Below are positions 27,077 to 40,185 of a DNA stretch of 64,000 nt, piece after piece. The DNA is taken from the NCBI GenBank assembly GCA_043228905.1, contig JBHGNT010000003.1:25606001-25670000 (forward strand). The letters run 5' to 3'. Each line of letters starts with the position of its first letter. Position 1 is the stretch's first letter. The notes under the pieces are model-generated. The model did no database searches. It was given only the letters and a program-made list of their open reading frames with translations, and was not told the DNA's origin. The translations under genes and the position numbers were made by a program. The DNA comes from Azolla caroliniana (Eukaryota; Plantae; Polypodiophyta).

Positions 27077-27495
27077 GTTGAGGAGCTATCAGAGATATAT
27101 AGATTAGACATACATCAAGGCTACCATTGAATGGTCGTCATGTGTAGTCTCTTTTGAAACTTCCTGGAAACTATCCTTCATCTATCTTCTACTTCAATTT
27201 ATTTTGCTGAAAGGCAAAACCCGCAAGGCTGTGAGTTTAGAGTTATATATCCAGAACGTGATCGAATTGTAGCAGATTCAGAAGTAGAGGGGCTTTGTTA
27301 TGCACTTGTGTCGTTTCACAGCAAAGTTTCTTAGTAATTTTGACATGGCGAACGAGAGAACGACAGCAATAGAAATCTTCCTGGTCGAAATTAGCGGTCA
27401 ACATGATTATACAAACTGTAGGATGGGATGGGATGATCTACACAAACTGTAGGGAAGATTTTAGCTACATTGAGGTATTTGTATTGGCATTTGTA

Positions 27496-27641
27496 TGGTG
27501 GGAAGCTCCATCTGGGGTACAGAGGAGCCTCCCACTTCTAAAAATTAGGGTTAGGGCGTTTGTTGCAGGAGGAGCACACGGTATTCTTTAGTAAAAGGCG
27601 AAAGAATAGTTCGCTCTGTGCTCAACCCACGCCATCCCGAT
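27496..27641 (-). ncRNA. U5: U5 spliceosomal snRNA, copy 2 (ends approximate)
   Basis: Reverse complement of copy 1 with three substitutions. Loop 1, Sm site and 3' hairpin are intact. Confidence 0.95.
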
Positions 27642-27667
27642 GAGATTGCATACAGGCCTACATTTGG

Positions 27668-27708
27668 TTTTTATAAGACGAGGTCTACATCGTGTTTGTA
27701 TGTGGGAC
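27668..27708 (-). promoter_or_regulatory. snRNA promoter of U5 copy 2: USE (GTCCCACATAC) and TATA
   Basis: USE at 27708-27698 and TATAAAAA at 27675-27668 on the minus strand. Confidence 0.8.
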
Positions 27709-28849
27709 AAATATATGTAAGTCACACATTCAAAGAGAAGAAGGAGAAGGTGTCACTCCACGTATCATTCATTCGTTCTCGCATCATATGTACATACATA
27801 CCTCTCTTCCTCTTTTTAGTTCTATCTCTTTGCATGGTTGGTAATGATAGTAGCATTGCCTCTCTGCTTGCCACCAACCTTCACATCCATGGCACGACGA
27901 TTCAATTATCGGGTCCAATGACCTGTGGCTATTATCTGGGCTAGTGGCCCATCATACTGATGGAATTGCTCTCGACCTATTGTGGCATGCAGGAGCAGGC
28001 TCATGGTTTTCATCCGCTTGAGATCGATTCCTATATGGTAGGCTATGAATTTTCTTGCTTCTAGGGCTTTGGGGTTGCCCTATCGAGGTTATGTATGATA
28101 TATCCTCACATTTACCGTTCTTCTTGTTTATGCACGATAGGAACATATATTTATTTTTCCCATCCTTGATATCGTAGAGGAAGAAGTGAGGGCAGGAGGC
28201 TATATTATGTACTGCATGCAATCGACTCATGTTGGTCTCGTGCTTATGCACATAGCCTACGGTTGTTCATTCACAATGACATATTTTTGTCTTCATTTTG
28301 TACCTAAGTGCTTGTTATATCATCTCGATAACCTTATGAGAGACGATAAATGTTCAAACCTCATTGTTTGTAGAGTGCACGAGGGTTCTCTATGAACCTC
28401 TGATGTTCATGATAACAAATATCTAATGTAGGTTTCTCCCATTCTAGATACGCAAAATCATATTATTCACAAACCTTTTTTGAAATCAAACATATATACT
28501 ATATTGAATGTACCTCCCATGCAAAACGTATGTAAAAATGGAGAGGATCGATGTTTCTCTTGTTCTTCTTTTTGCAATGTAGTCCTACAAAAACTTACCA
28601 AGAAACAACCAATATGTCTTCCACGTGCTCTCAACTTTTCTTTTGCTTTGATCACCAAGAATATCACTTCTATGCCTCCCCATGATAGCCATGTCAAATT
28701 CTATCACACGCCTTGAAGATGCTTTACCAATTGTTGATGTCATCATTGCACGTGATGATATAATATATCTTCAACTTTTTCCATCACTTTCACGGTGTCT
28801 ACCTTCACTTTATGTTGAAAAAATTTGAACTTCTATGTAGGTCACTCCC

Positions 28850-29180
28850 GTTGGACGTTAAAAAGATATCTATTTATATATATTGCTAGCAACTTCCACA
28901 TCGTTGATTGACTTATGGTTATCAAATAATAGGCAAACAACATACTCTTGGTAATAGTTGATGAGATGCATATTGGTTTGGTTTTCCACACCATCAACAA
29001 TCAACCCTTGCAGTATGTTATTCTTGTTGGATGTTAAAAAGATATCTATATCTATATATATATTGCTAGTAACTTTCATATCGTTGATTGAATCATTGTT
29101 ATCAAATAATAGGTGAACTACAGACTCCTAGTTATGGTCGATGTGATGCATATTGGTTTGGCTTTTCACACCATTACCAA
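28850..29180. repeat. ~175-bp tandem duplication upstream of RPN12
   Basis: TTGGA.GTTAAAAAGATATCTAT.TATATATTGCTAG.AACTT...GATGCATATTGGTTTGG.TTT.CACACCAT occurs twice. Confidence 0.8.
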
Positions 29181-29496
29181 TTAATTGGTTTCTTGTTAGA
29201 CAAATTTGAAAAAGAAAGGCGTTTTGGGCTGCATCCTTTTTACCCTAAAAAGGTCATACATGCTACAAATAATACTCTCGGAACACACACTACAAATAAA
29301 ACCCAATCTGAGCCGTCGATTCTCGCAGACCCCACCAATTTAGACCGTTGATTCTCTGCACAGTGTACCAGTTTTATTCACAGAAGACAGAAAGAAGCTG
29401 ATACTTCACGCACAAGATTTCATCTCTTTTCTCTACGTTCCTTTTCTATTTCCGATCTGCTTCTGCTTCTTCTTCTTCTTCTTCTTCTGCGCGGCG

Positions 29497-32400
29497 ATGG
29501 AGTCGAAGATCGAACAGACGCAGGTCCTCTTCGAGAAGTTCAAAGCTTCGTTCAATCGCAAGGACTTCGAAACTTGTTGTACGTTGCTCTCTCAGCTTAA
29601 GGTGAGTTTTGTTTACACAGTTTCCTCCTCCTCTTCCCTTCCTCGCTCCCGTTTATGCACCGGTTCCTCCCGTTAGCTAATGTCATTTCAGCTATCGGAA
29701 ATCAACAAACGAGAACGTCTACGATCGAGTATTTCAATTCCTGTAAATCAAAAGAACGAAATACCTCGAATAGCATAGGCAATGAAGATTAGTTCAGTTC
29801 TTGGAAATGGAAAGAGGTGGAAATTATTCGAGGAATATATCAGTTCTTGGAAATACAAAGAAGCTGGGAAAAGGCATTTGATAGGATACTCAATTCAGCA
29901 TTGGCAATCAAAAGGATAGGAATTATCTTCTTATACATAGGTTTGGTAATATGGAAAAGAGAATCTTTGATTATCCAGATTTGGTGTTTGATCTCAGTTC
30001 TTGGATATGAAAAAGAAGAATAACCCGTTGAGGAATGGTGCTTTATATTTAGTTATTGTAAATCATAAGAAGATAATTGTTTAATGGACTGGTATAATGT
30101 GTGATCGAGTCCTATCTAGAACCTGTATTCTGATTAGGTTTCTTGAAGGAATCATCTGGCCTGCTATGATCTTGGAATTTATTATATACAATTGTTAAAA
30201 TGACTTCCCTTTAGCTTCATCACACGAAGGATGCACTCCAGAGCATAGTTTTTAAAGAAATGCTTGGATTGGCTGCCTACACCTCTGAAAGTGAAAGCAT
30301 CTGCAGATGTTGGAAATCAAATTTCATTTGTATCTGCTGGTGCCGTTTCTGAATGGCCAAGTATTGCCTTCGATTTTTGTGAATGCTTAGCATAAATGCT
30401 TTTTTGCTATGTCATCACATGAAAAGAACTTGAATTCAACATGAGTGAACTCAAAGTTGTTGTCCTGCTCGATGATGGGCAAACCTATCATAACAAGAGG
30501 GAGCACCAGTCCTATGAGCAGCAAATTTGGGGTTGAGTTATTTGCTAATCCAATATCAAGACATGGAGGCAGAGGAATTCAGATTCGGGTGATATCTGGC
30601 TTGAAATTTGCAAAAAAATGGAATTGGAGAAACTGTAGATTGAAACAGAGGCAAATTGTATCAGTGATTGGAAATGGGGCAAACTGAATAATGAAATTGG
30701 AGTATGTTTGGGTCGTGAGGCTTAGCATGTATATGATCACCATGGTGGAAGTTTTCATTAAAAACAAGTCACTTAACTCTTTCTTGGATGATGACATCAA
30801 GGTATCAAAAGAATAAACATCAAGGGATTTGTCTCTATGGATGATGACATTTTCTTTGGCTAAAAGGTATTTTCTGGGGTCAGAAGATCAGTCCATACTT
30901 TTTCATACCCCTATCACTTGTCAAATGGTTTACGTATGAGAAACCTATGAATTAGAGGCATCTGATAGGACTCTGAATATGTAGTCTGTGTCTCATTGTC
31001 TCTTTCTCTCTCTCTTTTGGAAGGATGTAGCAATGGAAGTCTTCAGCAATTTCCATATCTTCCTTTCTCACTTTGACATCCCTATTCATTATTTTTTGCT
31101 AATAATATATTTTAATATTATTTTTCAGGTTAAACTTACCGAATTTCAAAGTCTTCCTCCATTGTTCAGGCAGACACCAACAGCAGTGCAAGAGCTTGTT
31201 CTTGCCAGTAGGGGTTATTTTTATTTGTTTTTCCGTAGTTGTGTATATCGACTTTCTGCTAACTATTCAGGGTGTGTTAGGGAGCATCTTGGAACATGCG
31301 GTTGTATTGAGTATAATGACTGAAGATCAGGAAGCCTTTGAAAGACACTTTCTACAGCTCAAACCATTTTATTGTGATGCAAGGTCTGTGATTGGTGTGG
31401 AACTGTTAGTCATAACTGTAATATATGTCGTAAAATTGTCCTCATGATGTCCATCTACTTTAAAAATTCAAGATTTCTGACAATTCCCCAGCCTTATTAT
31501 TACACTTTGTGTTGATTCATGTTGTTTTTTTACTTCCTTCCTCATTGGAAAAAGATGGTTGTAAAGCCCAGTCCAATAACCCATAGAAACTTGTGGAATT
31601 TGTTTGAAGTGTGGATTGATGCTCTTACCACTTGTGTATAAAACTTCCTTAATGCCATCAGATAAATTCTATTTATGCTGTCTTAAATGATGTCAGTTCT
31701 CTATTGTAACAAACCTTCCTTTAATTATTTTTGCAGAAGCCTGATTCCTTTATCTTCAGAAGAATATCCAATCCTTGGCCTCAACTTGTTGAGATTACTA
31801 GTGCAGAACAGGATTGCTGAGTTCCATACAGAGCTAGAACTTCTTTCTTCTGAGGCATTGGAAAACCCTTGCATCAAGTATGCTGTTGAGCTAGAGCAGT
31901 CATTCATGGAGGGTGCATATAATCGTGTCTTGAGCGCACGACAAGCTGTTCCTCATAAAACATATGAATATTTCATGGATCTTCTAGCTAAAACAGTCAG
32001 GTATACCTTATATATCTTTATAAATTTGTTCACGTGTGGATTATAGATGCTAACCTTATGTTTTTTGTTCCAAAAAAACTAACCGTATGTTTTGGATACT
32101 GTAGGGATGAAATTGCAGGATGCAGTGAAAAGGTGTATGACTATTTATCTTTTGCTGATGCTAAGAAAATGTTGATGTTTTCTTCTGATCAAGAGCTCTT
32201 GACATATGCTGAAGAGGTACATTTGCCTTTCTGTTCCTGATTTAGATTGTGGAATTAGAAGGGCTAATAGACCAGGCTTGTTTTCCTGAACAAAGATTGT
32301 TCGACTAAAAGTGTATGGTTAGATGTGCAATACCTGGTTCTCCATTGTTACTTTCCAAGCAGGCCTGTTACTGAAACACATGAAGGTGTCCATCTATAGC

Positions 32401-32757
32401 TCAATGTAACAGTGAGAGATTCACCGTAATTTCTTTCCCTATTTTAACTCATCGGGAGTTTGACCCCTACATTGATTTGTTTGGTCATATAATCAGAATT
32501 TATCATGGGCTTTTTGATATATATATTTTTGTCTAAATGTGGTGCTCTTAGACAGCCATATCATCTATATTTTGGTTTTCGAAGGGGCCATTTTTTTAAT
32601 ATTCTACTTTCATATGCAGGAACACCCTGAATGGGAAATTCAGAATGGTTCGGTATATTTTCAGAAAGTGAAAGAGGTTGTGCACAAAGAGATTCCTTCA
32701 TTACAACTCATAAATCAGACCTTAGGTTATGCAAGGGAATTGGAACGCATTGTATAA
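29497..32757 (+). CDS. RPN12: 26S proteasome regulatory lid subunit RPN12 (PSMD8), 266 aa, 6 exons
   Basis: Exons 29497-29601, 31129-31207, 31281-31383, 31737-32000, 32105-32216, 32620-32757 (801 nt). Motifs LGLNLLRLLVQNRIAEFHTELE, ELEQSFMEGAYNRV, RDEIAGCSEK, YARELERIV*. Confidence 0.97.
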
Positions 32758-34143
32758 CACTTCATGATACATACATCCAATTCTGCCACAACAAGAATTC
32801 AAAGCAATGTTGCACATGCCTGTTATTAAAAGTTTGGATCTTGAGAGAGGATCTGCCATTATTCATTTTCAAAAATATTTCTGTTTTAAGGCTTCAGAAG
32901 TGAACTTCTTTAACACATTTTAACAAGAATGATAAAACTTGACTTTGTGCTGAATCAAAATTACTAATATCTTCTGTCGTACCTTCACTCGATCTATTTA
33001 GACTTACTCTATTTCCATTATTATAATCAAAATTACTAATATCTTCTGCCTATGATGTTCCATTTCCATTATTATAATCATTTTTACATGTTTATTATGT
33101 TGTCTTATTCAGTTTTCTATTTTGCTTGTACTGTCTTGTACTTGTACTTTATTTAGTTCTTTCTTTTGTCTATTAAAATTTGATATAGCAACTGGTGATA
33201 TATATGTTATTCATAATGTATTATGTTTGAAAGGGTTTTTTTTATCATTCCCTCTGTTGAAATTATCACAATTGTTCAACATATCTTCTAAATAACAGAG
33301 GTGGTTGAATTATATTCAAAGCTCTTGTCAATTTCAGATGATATTCAAAGCTCTTGTTAATTTCTATCCAATTCTTCTGTCTCTGTTTATTGTGAAATTA
33401 TTCAAATATCTGAATGTGGATGGTCAAAATTTCATATGGTTGTGGAAGTCGGATGAGACTTATTGTGTTTTGGGCATCTAGTTGGTTTAATAGGCAAAAA
33501 ATAAAAGAAAAACATATGTTAACTAAAACAATATTATGGTTCGGCATTAACTCAGTTATATCGTAGAAGGTATATCTAGTCAGTTTCATAGGAAAAGGTA
33601 AAAGAAAAACATTTGGTATCTCTAAAATAGTTATGGGTTATAACGTCTATCTCATATGTATATGTGAGACTGGGAATGCACCTGAATATACTAGGCTGTG
33701 AGATTGAAAGTATGGTTTTCGTATGGAGTGGGAACAGAAATGAGATGAGCCAATCATCATTGCCGGAAGGCTGTTGAGTACCTTTTGGGACATTGTTATT
33801 ATGCCTTTCATTAGTAGCATCTTTGAAGGGTAATTCAAGTGATTGTCATTGCTATGATTTAGCTTACATGGTGTATTCGCAATATCTTTTAAAGAATGTT
33901 AAAGTTTGTGTTTTCTATTCCACCATATGGCTAGTTTCCATGATTTTGAGTTTTGATAGCAAATTTGAGCACAACTTATTGTGAACATTGCATGTCAAAG
34001 AGTAACTTAATGCTTCTTGATGTTTGAATGGTTGGATTTTGGCAAGGTTGTTACATTTGGCTTGCACTACAATGCCTCGTTTTAAGTTAATTTATTTGTT
34101 GTCCCATTCTTGAGGTTTGTCTTAGCCGTTTTTTTGAGCTTTC

Positions 34144-34402
34144 ACCATGATAACAAATTTGAACTCGAGAGAGGTTGATCATAGATAATAACATTGAACT
34201 TCTAATTTAATCACTATCTCATTTTGTTGACCATGATAACAAATTTGAACTAGGGAGAGGTTGATCATAGATCATAACATTGAACTTCTAAATTTATCAC
34301 TATCTCATTTTGTTGACCATGATAACAAATTTGAACTAGAGAGACGTTGATCATAGATCATAACATTGAACTTCTAAATTAATCACTGTCTCATTTTGTT
34401 GA
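34144..34402. repeat. Three tandem copies of an 86-bp unit
   Basis: ACCATGATAACAAATTTGAACT... starts at 34144, 34230 and 34316. Confidence 0.95.
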
Positions 34403-34677
34403 GAACGAATTGAATTTGGTTAATTCTCAAGCATTAGGTACTTGTTGAATTGATTTGTTTAAAAATTAGGCTACACCTCTTCAATGAGGTATCCATGTCT
34501 TGTAGCGCGTAGGCACATGTTTCTAAAGTGTCATTCTACATGGTACTTTCTATGTGCTTACAACACTTACCATGTTTGGTCATAAATGTTGGCCAACTAC
34601 TGAATCTAATGGTTGGGCATTAAATTATATTGTGGAGCACCAAAACGAAATATAATTGATGTAACATGTCTGTAACA

Positions 34678-34835
34678 ACATTTGTGATCATATTCTGAAA
34701 TGTTCCCACGCAATGATTAAGTGATACAAGGACAAGTGTGGGCAATGACTAGTCACTACATTTGTGATCATATTCTGAAACGTCCCTACACAATGATTAA
34801 GAGATACAAGGACAATTGTGGGCAATGACTAGTCA
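34678..34835. repeat. Two tandem copies of an 80-bp unit
   Basis: ACATTTGTGATCATATTCTGAAA...GGCAATGACTAGTCA starts at 34678 and 34758. Confidence 0.92.
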
Positions 34836-35693
34836 TTGATATTAGGGGTGGCTTATGAACATTGTGACAATTCTCTTGTTTGTTGGGTTTGTTTATGCTA
34901 CCTCATAGACTACCTTACCTAAAGGTAACAACAATGTAGACACAATGTCGGGGACATCTACGTAAAACAACATTGGCCAAATCATGGCATATACATGGGT
35001 GTTACGTCCAAGACTAGTACTAAAAAAATAGATGTAATTATGATACTCAACATGAAAACCACCAACTCCATCTTAGCAAGTGATCATGACAACACACACC
35101 AGACTTGTTCTCTCAAGTAGAAATTTGATAGGGTTGCTCAAATCGTTTGAGAATATGATCCCAAGCAAACAAATTTGATAGGGTTGCTCACATAAGATCC
35201 CAAGCAAACAAATTTATCGTTGGATCAGTGCAGAACCCATGATCACAATAATACATGTTCATGAAACAATGCACACAAGAGCTCATCTGTGATGTTTCGA
35301 TTCTACAAACTCCGGATAGGATACTCCCTTGCGATGAACCGCATTGCTTGTACTTCTCTGGACCTTGGAGATCACGATGATGCACATTGGCCAGTTTAGT
35401 AACGTGAGGCATAAGCACATATTCTGGGCTCCACGGCTAGAGACCGGAGACTAGTTAGTGTTGCTTGAATCAAATCCGCTCGATTCGAATGGAACGGAAC
35501 CGATCCGATCCGATTCGAACGGAATGGAACTGATCCGGTCTGTCCCTTTCGGTTTTGTTTTCTGTTTTGAGTGTGAAAGGTGTTGCAAAACCCAGAATAG
35601 AAAGGAAAAAATAAGCAGTGAGTGATTGATAATGCAGAGATGAAAGAAGTTGGCAAAAGCTTCTGGAAGAAGAAGACGACGCTTCTGGGCGAT

Positions 35694-35732
35694 TTCTTCT
35701 TCTTCTTCTTCTTCTTCTTCTTCTTCTTCTTT
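35694..35732. repeat. (TCT)n microsatellite in the GolS upstream region
   Basis: Directly visible. A CTATATAT TATA-like element follows at about 35747. Confidence 0.9.
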
Positions 35733-36298
35733 CGTTCAACATTCTACTATATATCAACACAATCCTTCTTTAGAACCTCCCTCGATTTCTTTCCCGTTTA
35801 GTGGTGGAGATAAATCTCTGTGTACTATTCCATGTATGTTTCTCTAGTGTTCATGTCATTGCTTAGTGACGCGTACCTGCTACAATTACCGGAATTGTCG
35901 TAATTCATTCGAGCGACATCTTTGCATTCTCTAATGTTGATGTTTAAACAGAGATTTCATGTGCTAAAAAAGCCTTATTGAGCTCATTCCTTCAGCCATT
36001 ATAAATAATCAAGTAATTTATTCGTCAAAGCTTCCAATCATTTGTTATGTTTTACATCATTTACACAGACAAGTCGACATGCTTTTGGTCTTGTTTGTGG
36101 AGAAACCCTAGATCCTCAAAATGTCTTGTGCTCTTTCTGGAAACATAATATTGTCCAGAATTAAGCTTTCATTCATCTATCTACATATATATACATATGT
36201 ATAAACCCCTAAACCCTAACGGTGCAATAATCCTGGCATACTAACTGACTATGTGACAGACTAAGAAGTGTAAGCTCACCTTTTACAGCATCAATATC

Positions 36299-38664
36299 AT
36301 GGATATCCTTACCACTGCCCACAAACGACGTGCTTTTGTGACATTCCTAGCCGGATGTGGTGACTACATCCAAGGTGTCATTGGGCTTGTGAAAAGCCTA
36401 CGGAAAGTGAGATCTGTCTACCCACTTGTTGTTGCTGTGCTCGATGATGTTCCTCATGAACATCGAGAGATCTTGCGGGCGCACGAATGTATCGTTCGTC
36501 AGATCAATCCTGTTCGACCTGATGGTTGTGACAAATGTATCTTCGCCATGCCTTACTATGTCATCAACTATTCGAAGCTCCGTATCTGGACTGTGAGTAC
36601 TCTATACTTAGGATTCTCAGAGTTATATTATTATTATTTATTGCTGAAAAGATTACATCTCTATAAATTCATATAAGCATCGTGGTGTCCTTAGTCCTAT
36701 ATAATAACGGGATTCACCCGATGGCTGAAAATTTCGATTCTTCATACTATTTCACGGCTTCCAAATGTCAGTTAATTCCTCTTCTCTTGTTATATATCGA
36801 TGTGCTTGTTACAAGCTGTACTATCCATCTCTATATTTAGCACCTTAGCTAAATAACTAAGGTTGGGTTGATGGCTGCGGAGTAAGTGCATCTGTCCACA
36901 CTTTATTATGCAATTATTTCATATTCCATGCTTTGAAGTCGAATTGTTAGATAGCTTAATTAATATTTTCGTGAGAACTCAATACTTATTTTCGTGAGTG
37001 TACGATTTCATTAGGCCCTTGATGCTTTTGTAGTTTGGTATTATTGGTAGTCACGTCAGGCTTCTTGTGTAATTATATAAACGTGGTAATGTTGCTAGTT
37101 TCTTTACTCCTATTCAATGTATATTATGAGTTTCCAATCTTAATTAATCATGATAATTCTTATCATAGTATGATGTATCATCTTAGCTATTCTTAGTGGC
37201 CATAGATACTAATCTGTGGACATAAATATTTAACATATAGGTTGTTTGTCATGAAAGGTTTGTAGTCTTTAGTTGAAGATCCCTTGACAATTTGAATTTG
37301 CAACTAGATGTGCTAAAAATGTATGTGAATTGCTTTCCAATGATAGTTTGAAGAATACGAAAAGATAGTCTACTTGGACGCAGACATGATGGTTTTTGAC
37401 AACATTGACGAGCTCTTCGATCTTCCCAATGGGCGTTTTTATGCTGTCATGGATTGCTTTTGCGAGCCAACATGGTCACACTCTCTACAGTACAAGGTAA
37501 AGTATTGTCAGCAATGTCCTGACAGGAACCCGTGGCCAAAACCCATCCTTGGCGACCCACCTGCTAAGTATTTCAATGCAGGGATGTTCGTGCATGAGCC
37601 AAATAAGGAAACCTTTAAACAATTGATGGTTGCCTTGAGGTCCAGTCCCTTGACACCTTTCGCCGAGCAGGTATGACTGAAATTTCTAGGGCCATACACT
37701 AGAATGCCCCTAATCAATTAGTTTTGGATGATTACCAGAGAACCCCTAGTATAAAAAAATTGTACACTTACGGGAATTTTAAGAAAAGATGGTACAATGT
37801 ATTAAGTTAGGGGATTTTGGTGCTGCTCTTTACTACGACTTTTATACTAGTCCTTGTCCTTAAACTCTTCCATGGTATGGTGCATATTTTGTTAATCTAG
37901 TCACTCTAGCTCTTCTTAAAGTTATCCATGTTTATTGAAGTTATATAATATTGCATCAAGAAGTCATTTTAATTGCTAGCGTAATGTTGCAGATTGTTGT
38001 TGTATATTCAGCTCGAAATAATTCAAGCTCAGGACTGAACTTTCACTTTGATACATTTTTTATGATCATTGTGAAAATCCTTCGATATTGAGTTTTCTCA
38101 CTTGTGACTTGCAGGATTTCCTTAATGCCTTCTTTCAGAAAATCTTTTGTCCAGTTCCTCTTGTGTATAATCTAGTTATGGCCATGCTATGGCGACATCC
38201 CGAAAAGGTAGATTTGGCGAAAGTGAAAGTAATACACTATTGTGCCGCGGTAAGGAACAAATAGAATATTTCTCTAAAATATTTGAAGCTATATTTGTTC
38301 CGATGTTGCTGAATATATGTACGTTATTGCACTGTGACAAAGAAGTAACACGAATTTCATATGGAGTCTTCAAACATATAATCTTCATGCTCTATCTACA
38401 ATATGACAAGTGTTATTTTTTTTTCCTGTGTTTATCTAATTTCTGTTCTTTTTTTCTATGTGAAACACTAAAATTTCTGCACCCTACTGATCTTATCAAA
38501 ATGGTGTTTCTTAACCTCTCTTCTAGGGTTCCAAACCATGGCAATATACAGGGAAGGAAGAGAATATGAAAAGAGAAGACATCAAGTTGTTGGTACAAAG
38601 ATGGTGGAATGTTTATGATGACAAGACCTTGGATTCTAATGTTCTTAACGTTAATATGATCTAA
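36299..38664 (+). CDS. GolS: Galactinol synthase (GT8 family), 296 aa, 4 coding exons
   Basis: Exons 36299-36592, 37347-37670, 38115-38249, 38527-38664 (891 nt). Motifs RAFVTFLAG, YYVINYSKLRIW, YLDAD, AVMDCFCE, YCQQCPD, YFNAGMFV, PFAEQDFLN, IHYCAAGSKPW. Confidence 0.95.
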
Positions 38665-39973
38665 GAATATTTGGGGTATCATTCAAAACCATTATACGTT
38701 TTGGTTGCTCACAGTATGGAAATTACGCATAGAAAAGGTCAGGCTGCATTGTTCAGATTGTCTAGGATTCCAGAATAGAATGTTAAATTATGTCTGATAA
38801 TAGCATGTTGTAGAACTATGTAAGGTTAGTATGAAACATGTAAATGAACTTATGTTGTAAATATAGTTATACATAGAATCAAGAAAGTGAATAATAAGTT
38901 TATACACTTGTATCGTGAATGTAATCCCATGTTGTAAATATTATATCACTCCTACATTTTTGTACCCTTGAAATATATGTAAATAGAATGTACCATGCTC
39001 CATATGTAAATAAATTTTATTACTTTTTATTTGTTTTGTACTCTTGAAATATAGTTAATAACTAATTAAGAAGTGATACCTAATCCCATGCCCCGCATTC
39101 TTGTATAAGTTTTTGATGTATTTCAAGAATAGAAATAAGAGATGGAGTGTAGATTAGAAGATGCAAAATATTCATATCCAACCTTTGGACTCGAAACCAT
39201 GTACTTCTAATTTGTCTTCTATTATAATCTTTTAATGTATTTCAAGAACATTAATAAGAGGTGGGCAGTAGTATAGATTAGAAGATGCAAAATATTCATA
39301 TTTAAATTTTAACCTTTGGACCTGAAACAGTTTCGTTTAATCACACATTCTTTTTTACTTCATTAATACCTCCCGTCTTGTAGGCTCCCATAAATGCAAT
39401 TTGTATTGTCTTTTAATAAACCATTCAGACAGGTTTTTAGGCTCGCTAAATGCTCATTAAAAGGGTTTATTAAAAAACAATACATAATAATTTGCTTGTC
39501 AAGCAAGGGCACAATTACTGGAGGTTGTTTAACACAGATTCCTGCGCTTTCTGGAGGTGCATAAATTATTTCCTATGTTGGGAGATGCGATGACACCCCC
39601 CAAGTCTGTCTTCCCTGGTTCAGACTCATCCCAAGGATATTCGTAAGGCTTGAGAGCATATTTAAGAGTCAAGGGGGAAGCATTAAAGAAGGCTTGTTTG
39701 TTTCCTTAAAATATGAGCTACGAGGAGAGTATTGTAAAGAAGAAGATTGTCTACGACAAATTGGACTAGTTATTCATATATTGTCTTTGCATATATCTAT
39801 AGAGGACACTTTCCAGTTAGGAAGGCGTGTAATCATACTATAGTTTGAGAAAAGAACTTGATAAATGGTCATAATTGTCTTTATTAATCCATACTTCTAT
39901 GGATGAGAACTCTTGCATTTCACACCTCTCAAACGGGTGAACCCTGTAGTATACTAAGACCATGGCGTTGTAC

Positions 39974-40185
39974 ATAGTTACATCAGTCCTGTAAACGGCA
40001 AATCAGGAAGTGGTTCTGTATATGCCTTCCATGTCAACAAGATTTCGTTTTTATGATCATCCGCCTCTCATCTTATCAGTTAGTTACATTAATCCTGAAA
40101 ACGGAAAATCAGGAAGTGGTTCTGTTTATGCCTTCCATGTCAACAAGATTTCGTTTATATGATCATTCGCCTCTCATCTTATCAA
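39974..40185. repeat. ~107-bp tandem duplication
   Basis: TAGTTACAT...AAATCAGGAAGTGGTTCTGT.TATGCCTTCCATGTCAACAAGATTTCGTTT.TATGATCAT.CGCCTCTCATCTTATCA occurs twice. Confidence 0.9.

Noticed and set aside
26255-27944. Duplicate ORFs MLNPRHPDEIA on opposite strands, or a MITE/miRNA reading of the inverted repeat
   Set aside because: The ORFs are antisense to the U5 genes and their promoters. The arms are explained by U5 duplication, and I found no TSD.
29602-31128. Possible intronic C/D snoRNAs (several TGATGA words) in RPN12 intron 1, and similar words in PIGN intron 1
   Set aside because: I could not identify matching D boxes, terminal stems or rRNA-complementary guides. A snoRNA search would be needed.
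34144-34402. Regularly spaced repeats as a CRISPR-like array
   Set aside because: The whole 86-bp unit repeats with no unique spacers, the context is eukaryotic, and there are no cas genes.
11034-38664. Fructokinase, PIGN and GolS as a sugar/inositol metabolic cluster, or F-box, RPN12 and RIN2 as a proteostasis cluster
   Set aside because: These are unrelated housekeeping pathways with no shared regulatory evidence, and such co-location is expected by chance.
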